Positions 41,001-51,195 of a DNA stretch of 63,935 nt are shown piece by piece (the stretch's first letter is position 1; the number at the start of each line of letters is the position of its first letter). Origin of the DNA: Macrostomum lignano (Eukaryota). The translations under genes and the position numbers were made by a program. The notes beneath the pieces were generated by a model that was not told where the DNA came from, searched no databases, and saw only the letters and a program-made list of their open reading frames with translations. The stretch spans positions 1-63,935 of the forward strand of contig NIVC01003596.1 in assembly GCA_002269645.1 (NCBI GenBank), given 5' to 3'.

Positions 41001-44000
41001 CTAGCAAGTAAAATTAGACACAATCTAAACTATGCTCCATTATCCACTCCGGACAAGATTTCGCGGAAGCGTCTGCTGGAGGTCGGTGCCGACTCTGATG
41101 ACGGCAGCGAGACGACAGCTGGCGGCCGCTCAACTCCGCCGCCCAGGTCGACCGGTGACGAATCTCCGTCCCTGCTGTCGGTTGGTGCCAATTTTTCGCT
41201 GAAGCGTCTGCTGGAGGTCGGTGCCGACTCTGATGACGGCAGCGAGACGACAGCTGGCGGCCGCTCACCTCCGCCGCCCAGGTCGACCGGTGACGAATCT
41301 CCGTCCCTGCTGTCGGTTGGTGCCAATTTTTCGCTGAAGCGTCTGCTGGAGGTCGGTGCCGACTCTGATGACGGCAGCGAGACGACAGCTGGCGGCCGCT
41401 CAACTCCGCCGCCCAGGTCGACCGGTGACGAATCTCCGTCCCTGCTGTCGGCTGGTGCCAATTTTTCGCTGAAGCGTCTGCTGGAGGTCGGTGCCGACTC
41501 TGATGACGGCAGCGAGACGACAGCTGGCGGCCGCTCACCTCCGCCGCCCACGTACACGTGGGAGGATTACAACCGCCTCCCCCCAGCGCCCCCTACGTCG
41601 TATGAGTCGCGGCGTAAAGATGAGCGACGGCGACTGCCAGCACAAACATGCCCCGACTGCGCTGATTGGTACGCGCAGATGTCGCCAAATAGCCGAGCAC
41701 GCCGTCTAGCCCAACACGGTCGCCATCGCCACCGGCCAATTGTACAGGCCCCGAACTTTTCGCCATTGAAATGCCGCCATCACCACCTCCGGTTCCCATC
41801 GAACGTATTACAGTGCGGAAGCGGCGTCGACGCCCACTGAGGGGTCTCTCACCCAGACCACGCTCCAAGGATAACGATTGATTAGTGTTTTGCAAAGCCA
41901 TGGAATTCCATGGAATTCATGAATTTATGCTGCTGCATTTTTTAGTCACTTAAGGCCACGCAACCAATTCACCAAAAAATATATCGTTAGCAGTTTTCTA
42001 GGATAAAGATGTCATCTGCTCTTTACTGCGACGATGACGATGTCTCTGACTTATTGCTTACAATTACTTACTACTGCAGAATAGTTGAGCTAAAGCTATT
42101 AGTTCATGTTCACATTCATGTCGTTCATTTCAGCGTCTGGCAATGTCAGACACCAGAAAAAAAACAGTCAACGTCGGCAAGTCCAAATCGACGTCGACTG
42201 CAAGCAAATCGACTGCCAAATCGAAGTCTACGACTGAAAACTTGCGGCAGAATTCGACATCGACGGCCAGTTCACGCAAGCGCCGCGCTGCAGCCGATGA
42301 CTGTACCGTTGATAAGTCGCAGCGGCTTCTAGATCCGCTCTCCTCAGCTGCCGCAGTTGAAACCGCCGTGCATGGGCCACAGACTTCTGCGCCAGCTTCT
42401 TCATCAGACACGGATCGTCCGGCTGGCCAGAACAATGTGCCGCCTCAGGCCGACAGGGATAGTGTTTATGTCGAGCACAACATGGTGCCGTATAAAATTG
42501 AGGCAGTGAAGCGTTACTTCATCTTTAAGTACGCTAACTACTATGAGAAGACCGAGGTAGTAAGTACGGCCGGCGACATCGTCGCCAGAAAGCGTGACTC
42601 CCCGAGTCCTGCCGCAGTTGGCAGTGAGGTGCTCGTCACCGCGAAAACAAATAAGGTGCAAGCCAAAAAATGGCTCGGAAAACTAGTGCGGGGGCCGTTC
42701 GCCAAAAAAAAACCTCGCGGTCGGTACAGCCGTTTTGGGCAACGTCCACGCCCCGGCATCCGAACTCCCGCGTTCCTGTGCATACTGCAGGACGTTCGCC
42801 GTCGAGTCCACGCGACAGGCGTCACTTATTGACACCCTGCGTGAGTTCGATAATTTTTGGCTGTTCACTTTCATTCATGTAGGTTTGCAATTACTTTGCA
42901 TTACTGCATTCTTGTAGGGGCCCAGTTAAAGCACTGCACCGATGAGGAGGCGCGTCAGCGCGAGAGCGTCCGGCAGTTGACGGAGCAGCTGCGCGTGGCC
43001 AGCCGTATGGAGCGGACGCTTCTTCAAAAGCTGGAGGACGAGCAGCAGCGCAACGCCGTCCTGGCGAGCAGCATGCAGCAATGCAATGCACTGCTGATTC
43101 AGGGGTCCGAGTTGCTGTGCCAGGTTGGAAACCCTCCTGCGAACCCTCCTGCAACGCGCGAAGTACCTGGCCCGAGTACAGCAGCTGATTCAGACGCGGC
43201 GAATGTAGAATCGGAGCCAGACGTCGACACTGAAACTTCATTTGCAGTGGCAGGAATTCTGTCCGCAGCGCAGACACTCGCGCTTAAAGACGCTTGTGAC
43301 AACAGCACACAGAATTCGGAGTCGGCAGATTCGATTGCACTTGTGCCCATATCCGAGCAGCAGGCATTTGTGGAGGTTTCTCTCAACAAGCGCATTGAGG
43401 CCGAATCGCGGTTGACTGCCTACAGGAAAGTGCCACCAGCGAAGGATGGTGAAGATCCCAAAGTAGCGGCCCTTCGACTGACAGTGACTCTGTCAGTGCT
43501 TCGAGCCGCTCTTCGCACAGTTTTTATCGAAGGCGAGTTCGCTCGCTCAACCCTGTCAGGTCGCAAGGCGCCGGGTCAAGCCAACGCTGCGCCCGCGAAC
43601 CCGGCGAAACTAGCGGTCGTTCGAGTATGGCTTGCGAACGCTGGGGTCAAATACACGGCCGAAAACCTCAGTCGGGCCTTCACCCAGTGCGCGGCGACAG
43701 CTCGGGAGAGACTGGGGCTCACTACGCGCCACCAGGAGAAGCTGCCGAAGCCGGCGAAGACGCAGCCAGCTGCAAAAAAATCGAAATTCCCTTCGTCGAC
43801 GGCTAATCCGACGACCATCGTCATTCTAGGTGACAAAATCCAGCCGACATTGTCCGGTCCGTCTACTGCCCCCGTGTCAGCTGGCCCAGTGTCTGCTGCC
43901 CCCATGTCAGCTGGCCCCGCGTCTGCTGCCCCGTGTCTGTTGGCCCCGTGTCTGCTGGCCCCGCGTCTGCTGCCCCCGTGTCTGCTGGCCCCGCGTCTGC

Positions 44001-46956
44001 TGCCCCCGTGTCTGCTGCCCCGGGAACCATAGAACCAGACGGAACCATTAGCTGCGAAGATATGCTGCAGATGCTGCTCGAGAACCAGAAATGACCGCGA
44101 TCTACCGATGCCGATTTATGTATGCCTAGGAGCCTAAGAAGGGCGCGCAAAAAGTTTAGGCCAGCAGGTGCTGCAGTACAATTTATTAGTTTGTTTCTTT
44201 ATTACGTTATTAGTTACTTATGTTACTTTTTCCCATCTGGCATTCGAAAAACTGAAAAATGCTTCAAAATTAAATACTTTTATAAGGCGCCACTTTAGAG
44301 TCAGTCAAATTAATTAATTTTGAAAAATAAAACTTTGCCATAACTACTATTAACATCTTTATGTTACAAGTGGCCTTCAGGAAATTAGCCGAATGGAGTG
44401 TTTTACTCATCTTTTTAGTTGGCCTTTAATAAATCATTTGTCAGCTCTGGACTGCTTGAGCAAATAGAAATTGAACGGTGAATTAAATTACGTGGGGAGG
44501 CGTGGTCAGGTTTTGGTCTGCTTTTGCCAAGGTTATTATCTGGTTGAGCTGCACCCACTCTCACTGAGTTGTTCGTCCGGTTTTGCTCAGGTTATTCATC
44601 TGGTTGTGTTGCACCCACTCTCACTGGGTTGTTCGTCCGGTTTTGCTCAGGTTATTCATCTGGTTGTGTTGCACCCACTCTCACTGGGTTGTTCGTCCGG
44701 TTTTGCTCAGGTTATTCATCTGGTTGTGTTGCACCCACTCTCACTGGGTTGTTCGTCCGGTTTTGCTCAGGTTGTTCGTGCGGCTGACAAGCAGACGAAA
44801 CACCTTAGAAAGCTCCCGATGTTGTTTCAGAAATTCCCGATAAACAACCAGGCGAAGCTTCAGGTCTTGCCAGTTTTTGTCTGTTTTCGAGACCACTTTC
44901 CTGATGTTTCTCAGGTTTGTGGATAGGAAAAAATCTATTGCAAACAAGACGAAAATCCAGACGGCCGGCCGGGGGAAAAACCCGGCCACATGGGTTGTGT
45001 CTCACTGCTTCATTTGTGTCTCACCGCTTCATTCGTGTCTCACCGCTTCATTCGTGTCTCACCGCTTTATTCGTGTCTCACCGCTTCATTCGTGTCTCAC
45101 CGCTTCATTTGTGTCTCACCGTTTCATTTGTGCCTCACCGTTTCATTTGTGTCTCACCGCTCCCCTTGTGTCTCACCGTTTCATTTGTGCCTCACCGCTT
45201 CATTTGTGTCTCACCGCTTCATTTGTGTCTCACCGTTTCATTTGTGTCTCACCGCTCCCCTTGTGTCTCACCGTTTCATTTGTGCCTCACCGTTTCATTT
45301 GTGTCTCACCGCTTTATTCGTGTCTCACCGCTTCATTTGTGTCTCACCGCTTCATTTGTGTCTCACCGCTCCCCTTGTGTCTCACCGCTCCCCTTGTCTC
45401 ATTGTTCCCCTTGTGTCTCACCGCTTCATTTGTCTCACCGCTCCCCTTGTGTCTCATTGTTCTCCTTGTGTCTCATTGCTCCCCTTGTGTCTCACCGCTC
45501 CCCTTATGTCTCATTGTTCCCCTTGTGTCTCACCGCTTCATTTGTCTCACCGCTCCCCTTGTGTCTCATTGTTCCCCTTGTGTCTCATTGTTCCCCTTGT
45601 GTCTCATTGTTCCCCTTGTGTCTCATTGTTCCCCTTGTGTCTCATTGTTCCCCTTGTGTCTCACCGCTCCCCTTGTGTCTCATTGTTCCCCTTGTGTCTC
45701 ATTGTTCCCCTTGTGTCTCATTGTTCCCCTTGTGCCTCATTGCTCCCCTTGTGTCTCATTGCTCCCCTTGTGCCTCATTGCTCCCCTTGTGTCTCATTGC
45801 TCCCCTTGTGTCTCATTGCTCCCCTTGTGTCTCACCGCTCCCCGTGTTTTATAGCTCTCCTGCGTGTCTCATCAGCCTGTGTCTTCTTTGCGGCTCCTAT
45901 CTCTCTTATGTGTCTCTTAGACAAGAGACATCCCACCTTTGTCTCAAAGCTCTGCCTCACACTTGTAACCCATTCTCTGATAAAACAAGAAACCCGCTCT
46001 CAAAGATTGCCCCCTCCCCTCAAAACTGACCTAGTGAGGTACTGAGCGGCCTCTTTGAACTTGCCGGCCGACCTGCTCAGCTCGGCCAGTCGGCACCACT
46101 TGGACGGATCGGAGCGGTGCAGGTGGGCGGCCAGCAGCAGGAACTGGGCGGACTTCTCCTCCTGGCCGAGCTTCTCGTAGGCCTCGTGCAGCGTCTCGTA
46201 GACTTCGTGACTGCGCGGCTGGATTTTCATCACCTCTTCGCAGATGCGAATGGCGCCAGCCGAGTCGCCTTTGGCCAGCTGCAGCGACGCCTGGCCGACC
46301 AGACCGCGGAGCGACTCGTCTAAGAAGCTCACGAATACGCCGCCGCCGCCACCGCCGCCGCCACCGTTGCCGCCTTCAGTAGCAGCCGCACTATCAGCAG
46401 ATGCCGCGCCAGCCACCGCCCGTCGCTGCCTCTTCGTTGGCGTCTCCGACTTGGTCGCCAAAGCCTGCCGAGGCCTTCGCTGCTGCTTCTGCTGCCGCCG
46501 TTTCGACCCTGGAGGCGGCGAGTCAGCCGACATGAGCTCGCGGACCAGGTCCTCGCCGTCGTCATCATCGTCCCGATTGATTTCGTTGCCAATGTCGGCC
46601 TCGTTGCCGACGCTGACATAGCGGCGTCGGACAGTGTCGGCCAGCTGGTCGAAGTTGATGCGGCCGCTCACGTAGCTGTCGTACAGGTCGGGATCGTCCT
46701 GCACAGCCGACATCAGGCCTTCGGAGTCTTCGGACAGGCTGGACAGCGAGTCCGTCTCTCCGGCCGGCTGGACGGACTCCAGCTCGGCCAGGAAGCTCTG
46801 CTGCTGTTGTTGTTGCTTTTGCAGTTGCTGCTGCTGCTGCATCTCCAGCTGGGCTGAGACCGGCAGCTTGTAGGGCGGGCACAGGTACGGCCCGTGCTCG
46901 ATCACCTTGGAGACGAAACCCTCGCCTTCTCCTCCGCCGCTCCCGCTGTCAGCCAT
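32092..46956 (-). CDS. GTF3C3: General transcription factor IIIC subunit 3 (Tfc4/TFIIIC102, TPR protein), ~973 aa
   Basis: Exons 46031-46956, 36333-36629, 35440-36019, 34031-34371, 32780-33349, 32092-32299; GT-AG, phases consistent. TPRs; acidic N-terminus; FLLLAAHL, QEVAYNTAR, HRLGLLRHAAAGYERAL, DLRPTAAHNLLVLYKSVGN C-terminus typical of Tfc4. Confidence 0.9.
32320..32755. repeat. 32-bp minisatellite in GTF3C3 intron 5
   Basis: Unit GAGGGAGAGGGTGATTGGCGGTGATGGTGGGT. Confidence 0.92.
33395..33940. repeat. 26-bp minisatellite in GTF3C3 intron 4
   Basis: Unit GGGCGATTCCTTGTGGTGGTGTCCAT and variants. Confidence 0.9.
34430..35320. repeat. Polypurine (G/A) low-complexity tandem tract in GTF3C3 intron 3
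   Basis: About 900 bp almost exclusively G and A (GAGGGGAAGGGGAGGAAGA variants). Confidence 0.92.
36065..36305. repeat. 30-bp minisatellite in GTF3C3 intron 2
   Basis: Unit GAGCCAAATGGGATCTCAGCATCTCACAGA. Confidence 0.9.
36662..36835. repeat. 19-bp minisatellite, left part (split by EnSpm insertion)
   Basis: Unit TGTGTCTCACCGCTTCATT; resumes at 44995. Confidence 0.9.
37679..40632 (+). CDS. EnSpm/CACTA-family transposase, ~883 aa
   Basis: Exons 37679-37928, 38014-38133, 38351-40632 (phase 1-1). Motifs LSSDGF, CPVYLSINE, FDAPARA..C...GCEKC, CYLHQLL, RGHEYEMWVL.Y, TYNAHQ..H, S...FES match animal EnSpm transposases (from memory). Confidence 0.82.
41032..41881 (+). CDS. Transposon-borne protein with C-terminal CtIP/Sae2-like domain (~283 aa if two homopolymer errors are corrected)
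   Basis: Stop-free frame 40989-41840, absent from the ORF track because it has no early start codon: 45-aa repeats, then YESRRKDERRRLPAQTCPDCADWYAQMSPNSRARRLAQHGRHRHRPIVQAPNF (41601-41759). One extra T at 41757-41760 continues it as FAIEMPP...RKRRRRP...DND*; one extra G at 41034 puts ATG 41032 in frame (both corrections are inference). Confidence 0.72.
41066..41549 (+). repeat. 135-bp coding tandem repeat (~3.6 copies)
   Basis: GTCTGCTGGAGG recurs at 41071, 41206, 41341, 41476; unit KRLLEVGADSDDGSETTAGGRS(T/P)PPPRSTGDESPSLLSVGANFSL. Confidence 0.92.
42143..44094 (+). CDS. Transposon accessory gene: coiled coil plus BEN-like domain
   Basis: Exons 42143-42840 (GTGAG donor; frameshift in the A-run near 42705) and 42918-44094 (frameshift near 43930). 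LRTVFIEGEFARSTLSGRK...NPAKLAVVRVWL...LSRAFTQCAATAR fits the BEN pattern. Confidence 0.58.
44545..44775. repeat. 60-bp tandem repeat in the EnSpm right subterminal region
   Basis: The 60-bp lines starting at 44581, 44641 and 44701 are identical. Confidence 0.95.
44995..45845. repeat. 19-bp minisatellite, right part, GTF3C3 intron 1
   Basis: TGTGTCTCACCGCTTCATT grading into TGTGTCTCATTGTTCCCCT. Confidence 0.92.
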
Positions 46957-47912
46957 GCGCCAGTCAAACAGTAGCAAGTAGTATGATGCGATTCCGACAA
47001 TATTTTTTTCGCATGCAGAAAAAACACAAGCATCATAGTGCAGCCAATGAGTGAACGCAGTATTGATTAAACATTATTACAGAACTATCTATTAAAACCG
47101 GCATTGGATCGCAAACTGCTCTAAGTAGCATGTTGCAACGAAGGTTTCAACTAAGCAGCAAAGTTTTCTAGGAGGACAGCCTCATAAAACCCTGATTAAT
47201 TTTTACTGATTTTAAGGTAGGAAACTTCAAACTTGAGAATTGCTAATGAATACTTTTTTAGTCTAGGGTCGAAAAACCGTCTGTCAAAAGAAAAATATGG
47301 CGTCAGTTAAATCACAAGGAAAATGAATAAAACTATTCCTCATCATGGGCGACTTAGAGGGGAGGGCTTAAACTTAAGCAAGCAAGTCTTTGTTCTATCA
47401 TTTGTTCCACATGGAGCTGGTGTGTGTGTGTGTATCTTAGCTGAATAAACCAGTCAATAGAGCACGTTTATTTATTTATTGCGCCTTAAACAGACAGCAG
47501 TTGGTAGAGCTAAGGGGGAGGCTGCATTCTGAGAACACCGCTAGAGCACAATGTTAAATAGAATGTTCAAAAAACAGTTTTCCAAAAAGTTCTTACAATT
47601 GAAACAGTGGGGCGGGGACAGGCCTGGCTTGCTGCGAACTGGATTATCATAGGGAGAGATTTCATTACATTGCTAACAAATTTAATTTGCCCGCTAAGCT
47701 GGGCAATATCAACAATTTCCTTTAGTCCTTCCAGAAGAGACGGTACAGTTAAAGAGAGCTGTTATAAAATAAGAAATTGCTGGAGTGAAACGGAGACCGA
47801 GAGAAGCTTCCCTTAGTGACGTACAAAAGCACACTTGGTTATTGAGTAGAAAAAACCATCAAGCAATAAAGCGAAGTTCCAGTGTCTAATTTAGTAGCAG
47901 GTGTCAGGCCGC

Positions 47913-48219
47913 TCAGTGACCGCCGTGGCTGGGCGGGGCCTCCGGCGTCAGCTTGATCTGATCGTCAATGCGCAGGATGGTGATGGCAGCCTCCGTGGCG
48001 AACTTCAGGCTTTTGATCTTGCTGACGGCCGGCTCCAGCACGCCCGCCTCTTTGTTGTCGCGAACCTTGCCTTCCTGCAGGTCCAGGCCGAACCTGCCCG
48101 GAGTTTGAGTGAGGTCAAGGGTGAGTTCATGGGTGTGTTTATGGGTGAGTATGGGTGAGTTCATGGGTGAGTTCATGGGTGAGTTCATGAAGTTTATGGG
48201 TGAGTTTATGGGTGATTAC

Positions 48220-48278
<59 letters not shown>

Positions 48279-48279
48279 T

Positions 48280-48368
<89 letters not shown>

Positions 48369-48406
48369 CACAGACAGACAGACAGAAATCAAAAGACACC
48401 AATGCC

Positions 48407-48449
<43 letters not shown>

Positions 48450-48467
48450 TCAAAAGACACCAATGCC

Positions 48468-48540
<73 letters not shown>

Positions 48541-50463
48541 CACAGACAGACAGACAGAAATCAAAAGACACCAATGCCAGACAGACAGGAATGCCGCAGC
48601 TCACCACTTGTAGGCGGCGCAGTCCTTCTTGACCTGGCTGGCATTGTGCCGAGCCCTCAGCTGGGCCAGCAGCTCCGTGGAGTCCTGGGCGGCATTCACG
48701 GCCAGCTGCTTGGGGACGCAAAGCAGAGCCCTGGCGAATTCGGCGATGGCCATCTGCTCGCGCGAGGCCAGCGAAGTGGCGTAGTTCTCCAGGTAGATGT
48801 TCAGGGCGACCTCCACGGCGCCGCCGCCGGGCACGAGCTGGCGGCCCTCCAGCACCCGCTTGACAACGCACAGGGCGTCGTGGACGCTGCGCTCCATCTC
48901 GTCGCAATAGAAATCGTTGGCGCCGCGCAGCACGATGCTGGCGGCGGAGCGGGACTTCGGGCCGCGGATCACGATCAGCTCGTCGTCGGAGATTCGCTCC
49001 TGGGCGACGCACTCGGCCTGGCCCAGCAGGGAGGCGTCAAAGGACTCCTCACCCTCCAAGTTGGTCATGGAGACCACGAACTGGCCGCCGGTGGCCTTGG
49101 CGATGCGCTTCAAGTCGATCTTCTTGCACCGGCGAACGGCCATGGCGCCGGCTTCGACGAAGTACTTCATGCACAGATCGTCGATTGACCCGGTGGTCAG
49201 GATGACGTTGGCGCCCGACGCCATGATCTTCTGCACGCGCTCCTTGGTGAGGTCGGACTCGCGGGCCCGCATCAGCTCCAGCTGCTCGGGCGTCTCAATG
49301 ACCAGCTGGATGCCCAGCTTCATCTTGGACTTTTGCAGGCTAAAATCTAGGCAAGCGATTTTAGCATTGGTGATCCTCTTGGGCATCTGGACGGAGCCCA
49401 CAGTGCAGTTCAGGGCGTAGCCGTTGATCAGCACGCTGTCCCGGGTGGAACCGCCGTGGGCCTGAAAGAATGATTGGGTGTAAGTACATCCATGACTAGC
49501 TCTGGAGGGTGTACGAGTATTGGGGGCTTGAGTTGGCCAGGTTGGGTGATTGGGTGTACATTAGTGAGTGGGGTTGTGGGATTGGGTGTATATTAGGGAG
49601 TTGGGTTGCGGGACTGTGTGTATATTAGGGAGTGAGGTTGTGGAACTGGGTGTATATTAGGGAGTGGGGTTGCGGGACTGGGTGTATATTAGGGAGTGGG
49701 GTTGCGGGATTAGGTGTACATTAGGGAGTGGGGTTGCGGGACTGGGTGTATATTAGGGAATGGGGTTGCGGGATTAGGTGTACATTAGGGAGTGGGGTTG
49801 TCTAACTGAATGCGCATTTCAATTCGGTCTGGCAATGCGGTACCATACCTTGAGCACGTTGACAGCCTTGATAGGGTAGCGGTGGCCGCCCTTGCCATCG
49901 GCGACCCGCACTGCCATCGCGGCGTCGACGGCCATGGCAGCGAACAGCTCGGCGTCGCAGCCAATGATCTTGGAGCTCATGGACGTCTTGGCGGCGTTCA
50001 CAATGTTATCCCTGGCCAAGTCGTCAACGCTGATCACTAGGCGCTCGTTGATAAACTTGACGGCCTCGCGGCAGGCCAGCCGGTATCCAGAGATGATGGT
50101 GGTCGGGTGGATCTTCAGCGACATCAGCTCCTCTGCGTTCTTCAGCAGCTCGGCGGCCACCAGCACCACGCTGGTCGTGCCGTCGCCAACTTCTTCGTCC
50201 TGCAGCTGGGCCAGTTCAACCAGAATCTTGGCGGCCGGGTGCTCGACCTCCAGCAGCTTGAGAATGGTGGCGCCGTCGTTGGTGATGGTGACATCGCCGA
50301 CATCGTCGACCAGCATCTTGTCCAGGCCGACTGGGCCCAGACTGGTCTTCACGATGTTCGCTATGGAGGCGGCGGCCACCACATTCTGGTGGCGGACGGA
50401 CTCGCCAGTCAGGCGCTCGCCAGACACCATAAGAAGGTTGGAGGTGTTTGCATTGCCGGCCAT
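47913..50463 (-). CDS. TCP1: T-complex protein 1 subunit alpha (CCT1), 550 aa
   Basis: Exons 49849-50463, 48605-49461, 47913-48093. [63 protein letters not shown]. Confidence 0.96.
48115..48590. repeat. 12-bp repeat plus (GACA)n microsatellite in TCP1 intron 2
   Basis: GGGTGAGTTCAT copies, then GACA runs interrupted three times by AATCAAAAGACACCAATGCC. Confidence 0.92.
49530..49800. repeat. ~32-bp minisatellite in TCP1 intron 1
   Basis: Unit TTAGGGAGTGGGGTTGCGGGACTGGGTGTATA. Confidence 0.88.
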
Positions 50464-50559
50464 TGCTGAAACATGCAGAGAGTAAGTGGCTGCTTTTGGG
50501 GATGAACCTTGGGATTGGTTTAATAACCTACTTACCACTTGTGATATAATTATTAGGGC

Positions 50560-50870
50560 TGGGACTGCTGGGGTGTTGGATTGAGTGTACATTGGGGGGT
50601 GTGGCTGCTGGGGTGTTGGCTTGAGTGTACATAGGGGGTTGTGGCTGCTGGGGTGTTGGCTTGAGTGTACATAGGGGGGTGTGGCTGCTGGGGTGTTGGC
50701 TTGAGTGTACATAGGGGGTTGTGGCTGCTGGGGTGTTGGATTGAGTGTACATTGGGGGTTGTGGCTGCTGGGGTGTTGGATTGAGTGTACATTGGGGGCT
50801 GGGGCGTTGGATTGAGTGTACATTGGTGGTGTGGCTGCTGGGGTGTTGGATTGAGTGCACAATGGGTGTA
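50560..50870. repeat. 40-bp minisatellite upstream of the TCP1 start
   Basis: Unit GTGGCTGCTGGGGTGTTGGCTTGAGTGTACATAGGGGGGT. Confidence 0.9.
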
Positions 50871-51195
50871 CATTATGGTTTGGTTCTGTTCGGGCTAGAT
50901 GTAGTGCACATCTGATGTAGGGCAGTGAAACTATTGAGGGAACTTATTCAACAGTCTTACTTTAAAAAATCTTGAGTCGAAAAAACTTGCACATGATCTC
51001 AACGTGAATTGCGCGGGTAGCAACAAACGCCTTGCTACAATGTGAATGCGGTTTCAATTTTTATCAAAGACTCGGGAGTTTCCCGTCCGTACGACAAAAT
51101 TCAAATCTGCGCTCGCGATAAAAATTAACTGACGCAAAGTTAAGCTATTCACAAATGCTGGGGAATTTTAGAATACGATATGAGGAACAGTCGGA

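Larger units (their letters stand above)
36836..44994 (+). mobile_element. EnSpm/CACTA (CMC) DNA transposon, 8159 bp, three plus-strand genes
   Basis: Termini CCCGTGTGGCC... / ...GGCCACATGGG, 2-bp TSD TT within the host minisatellite, subterminal TTCGTCTGGTT/ACCAGACGAA-type repeats at both ends, internal transposase. Confidence 0.85.

Noticed and set aside
41014-41557. Minus-strand ORFs over the 135-bp repeat
   Set aside because: The plus-strand frame is contiguous with the CtIP-like domain and co-oriented with the other transposon genes.
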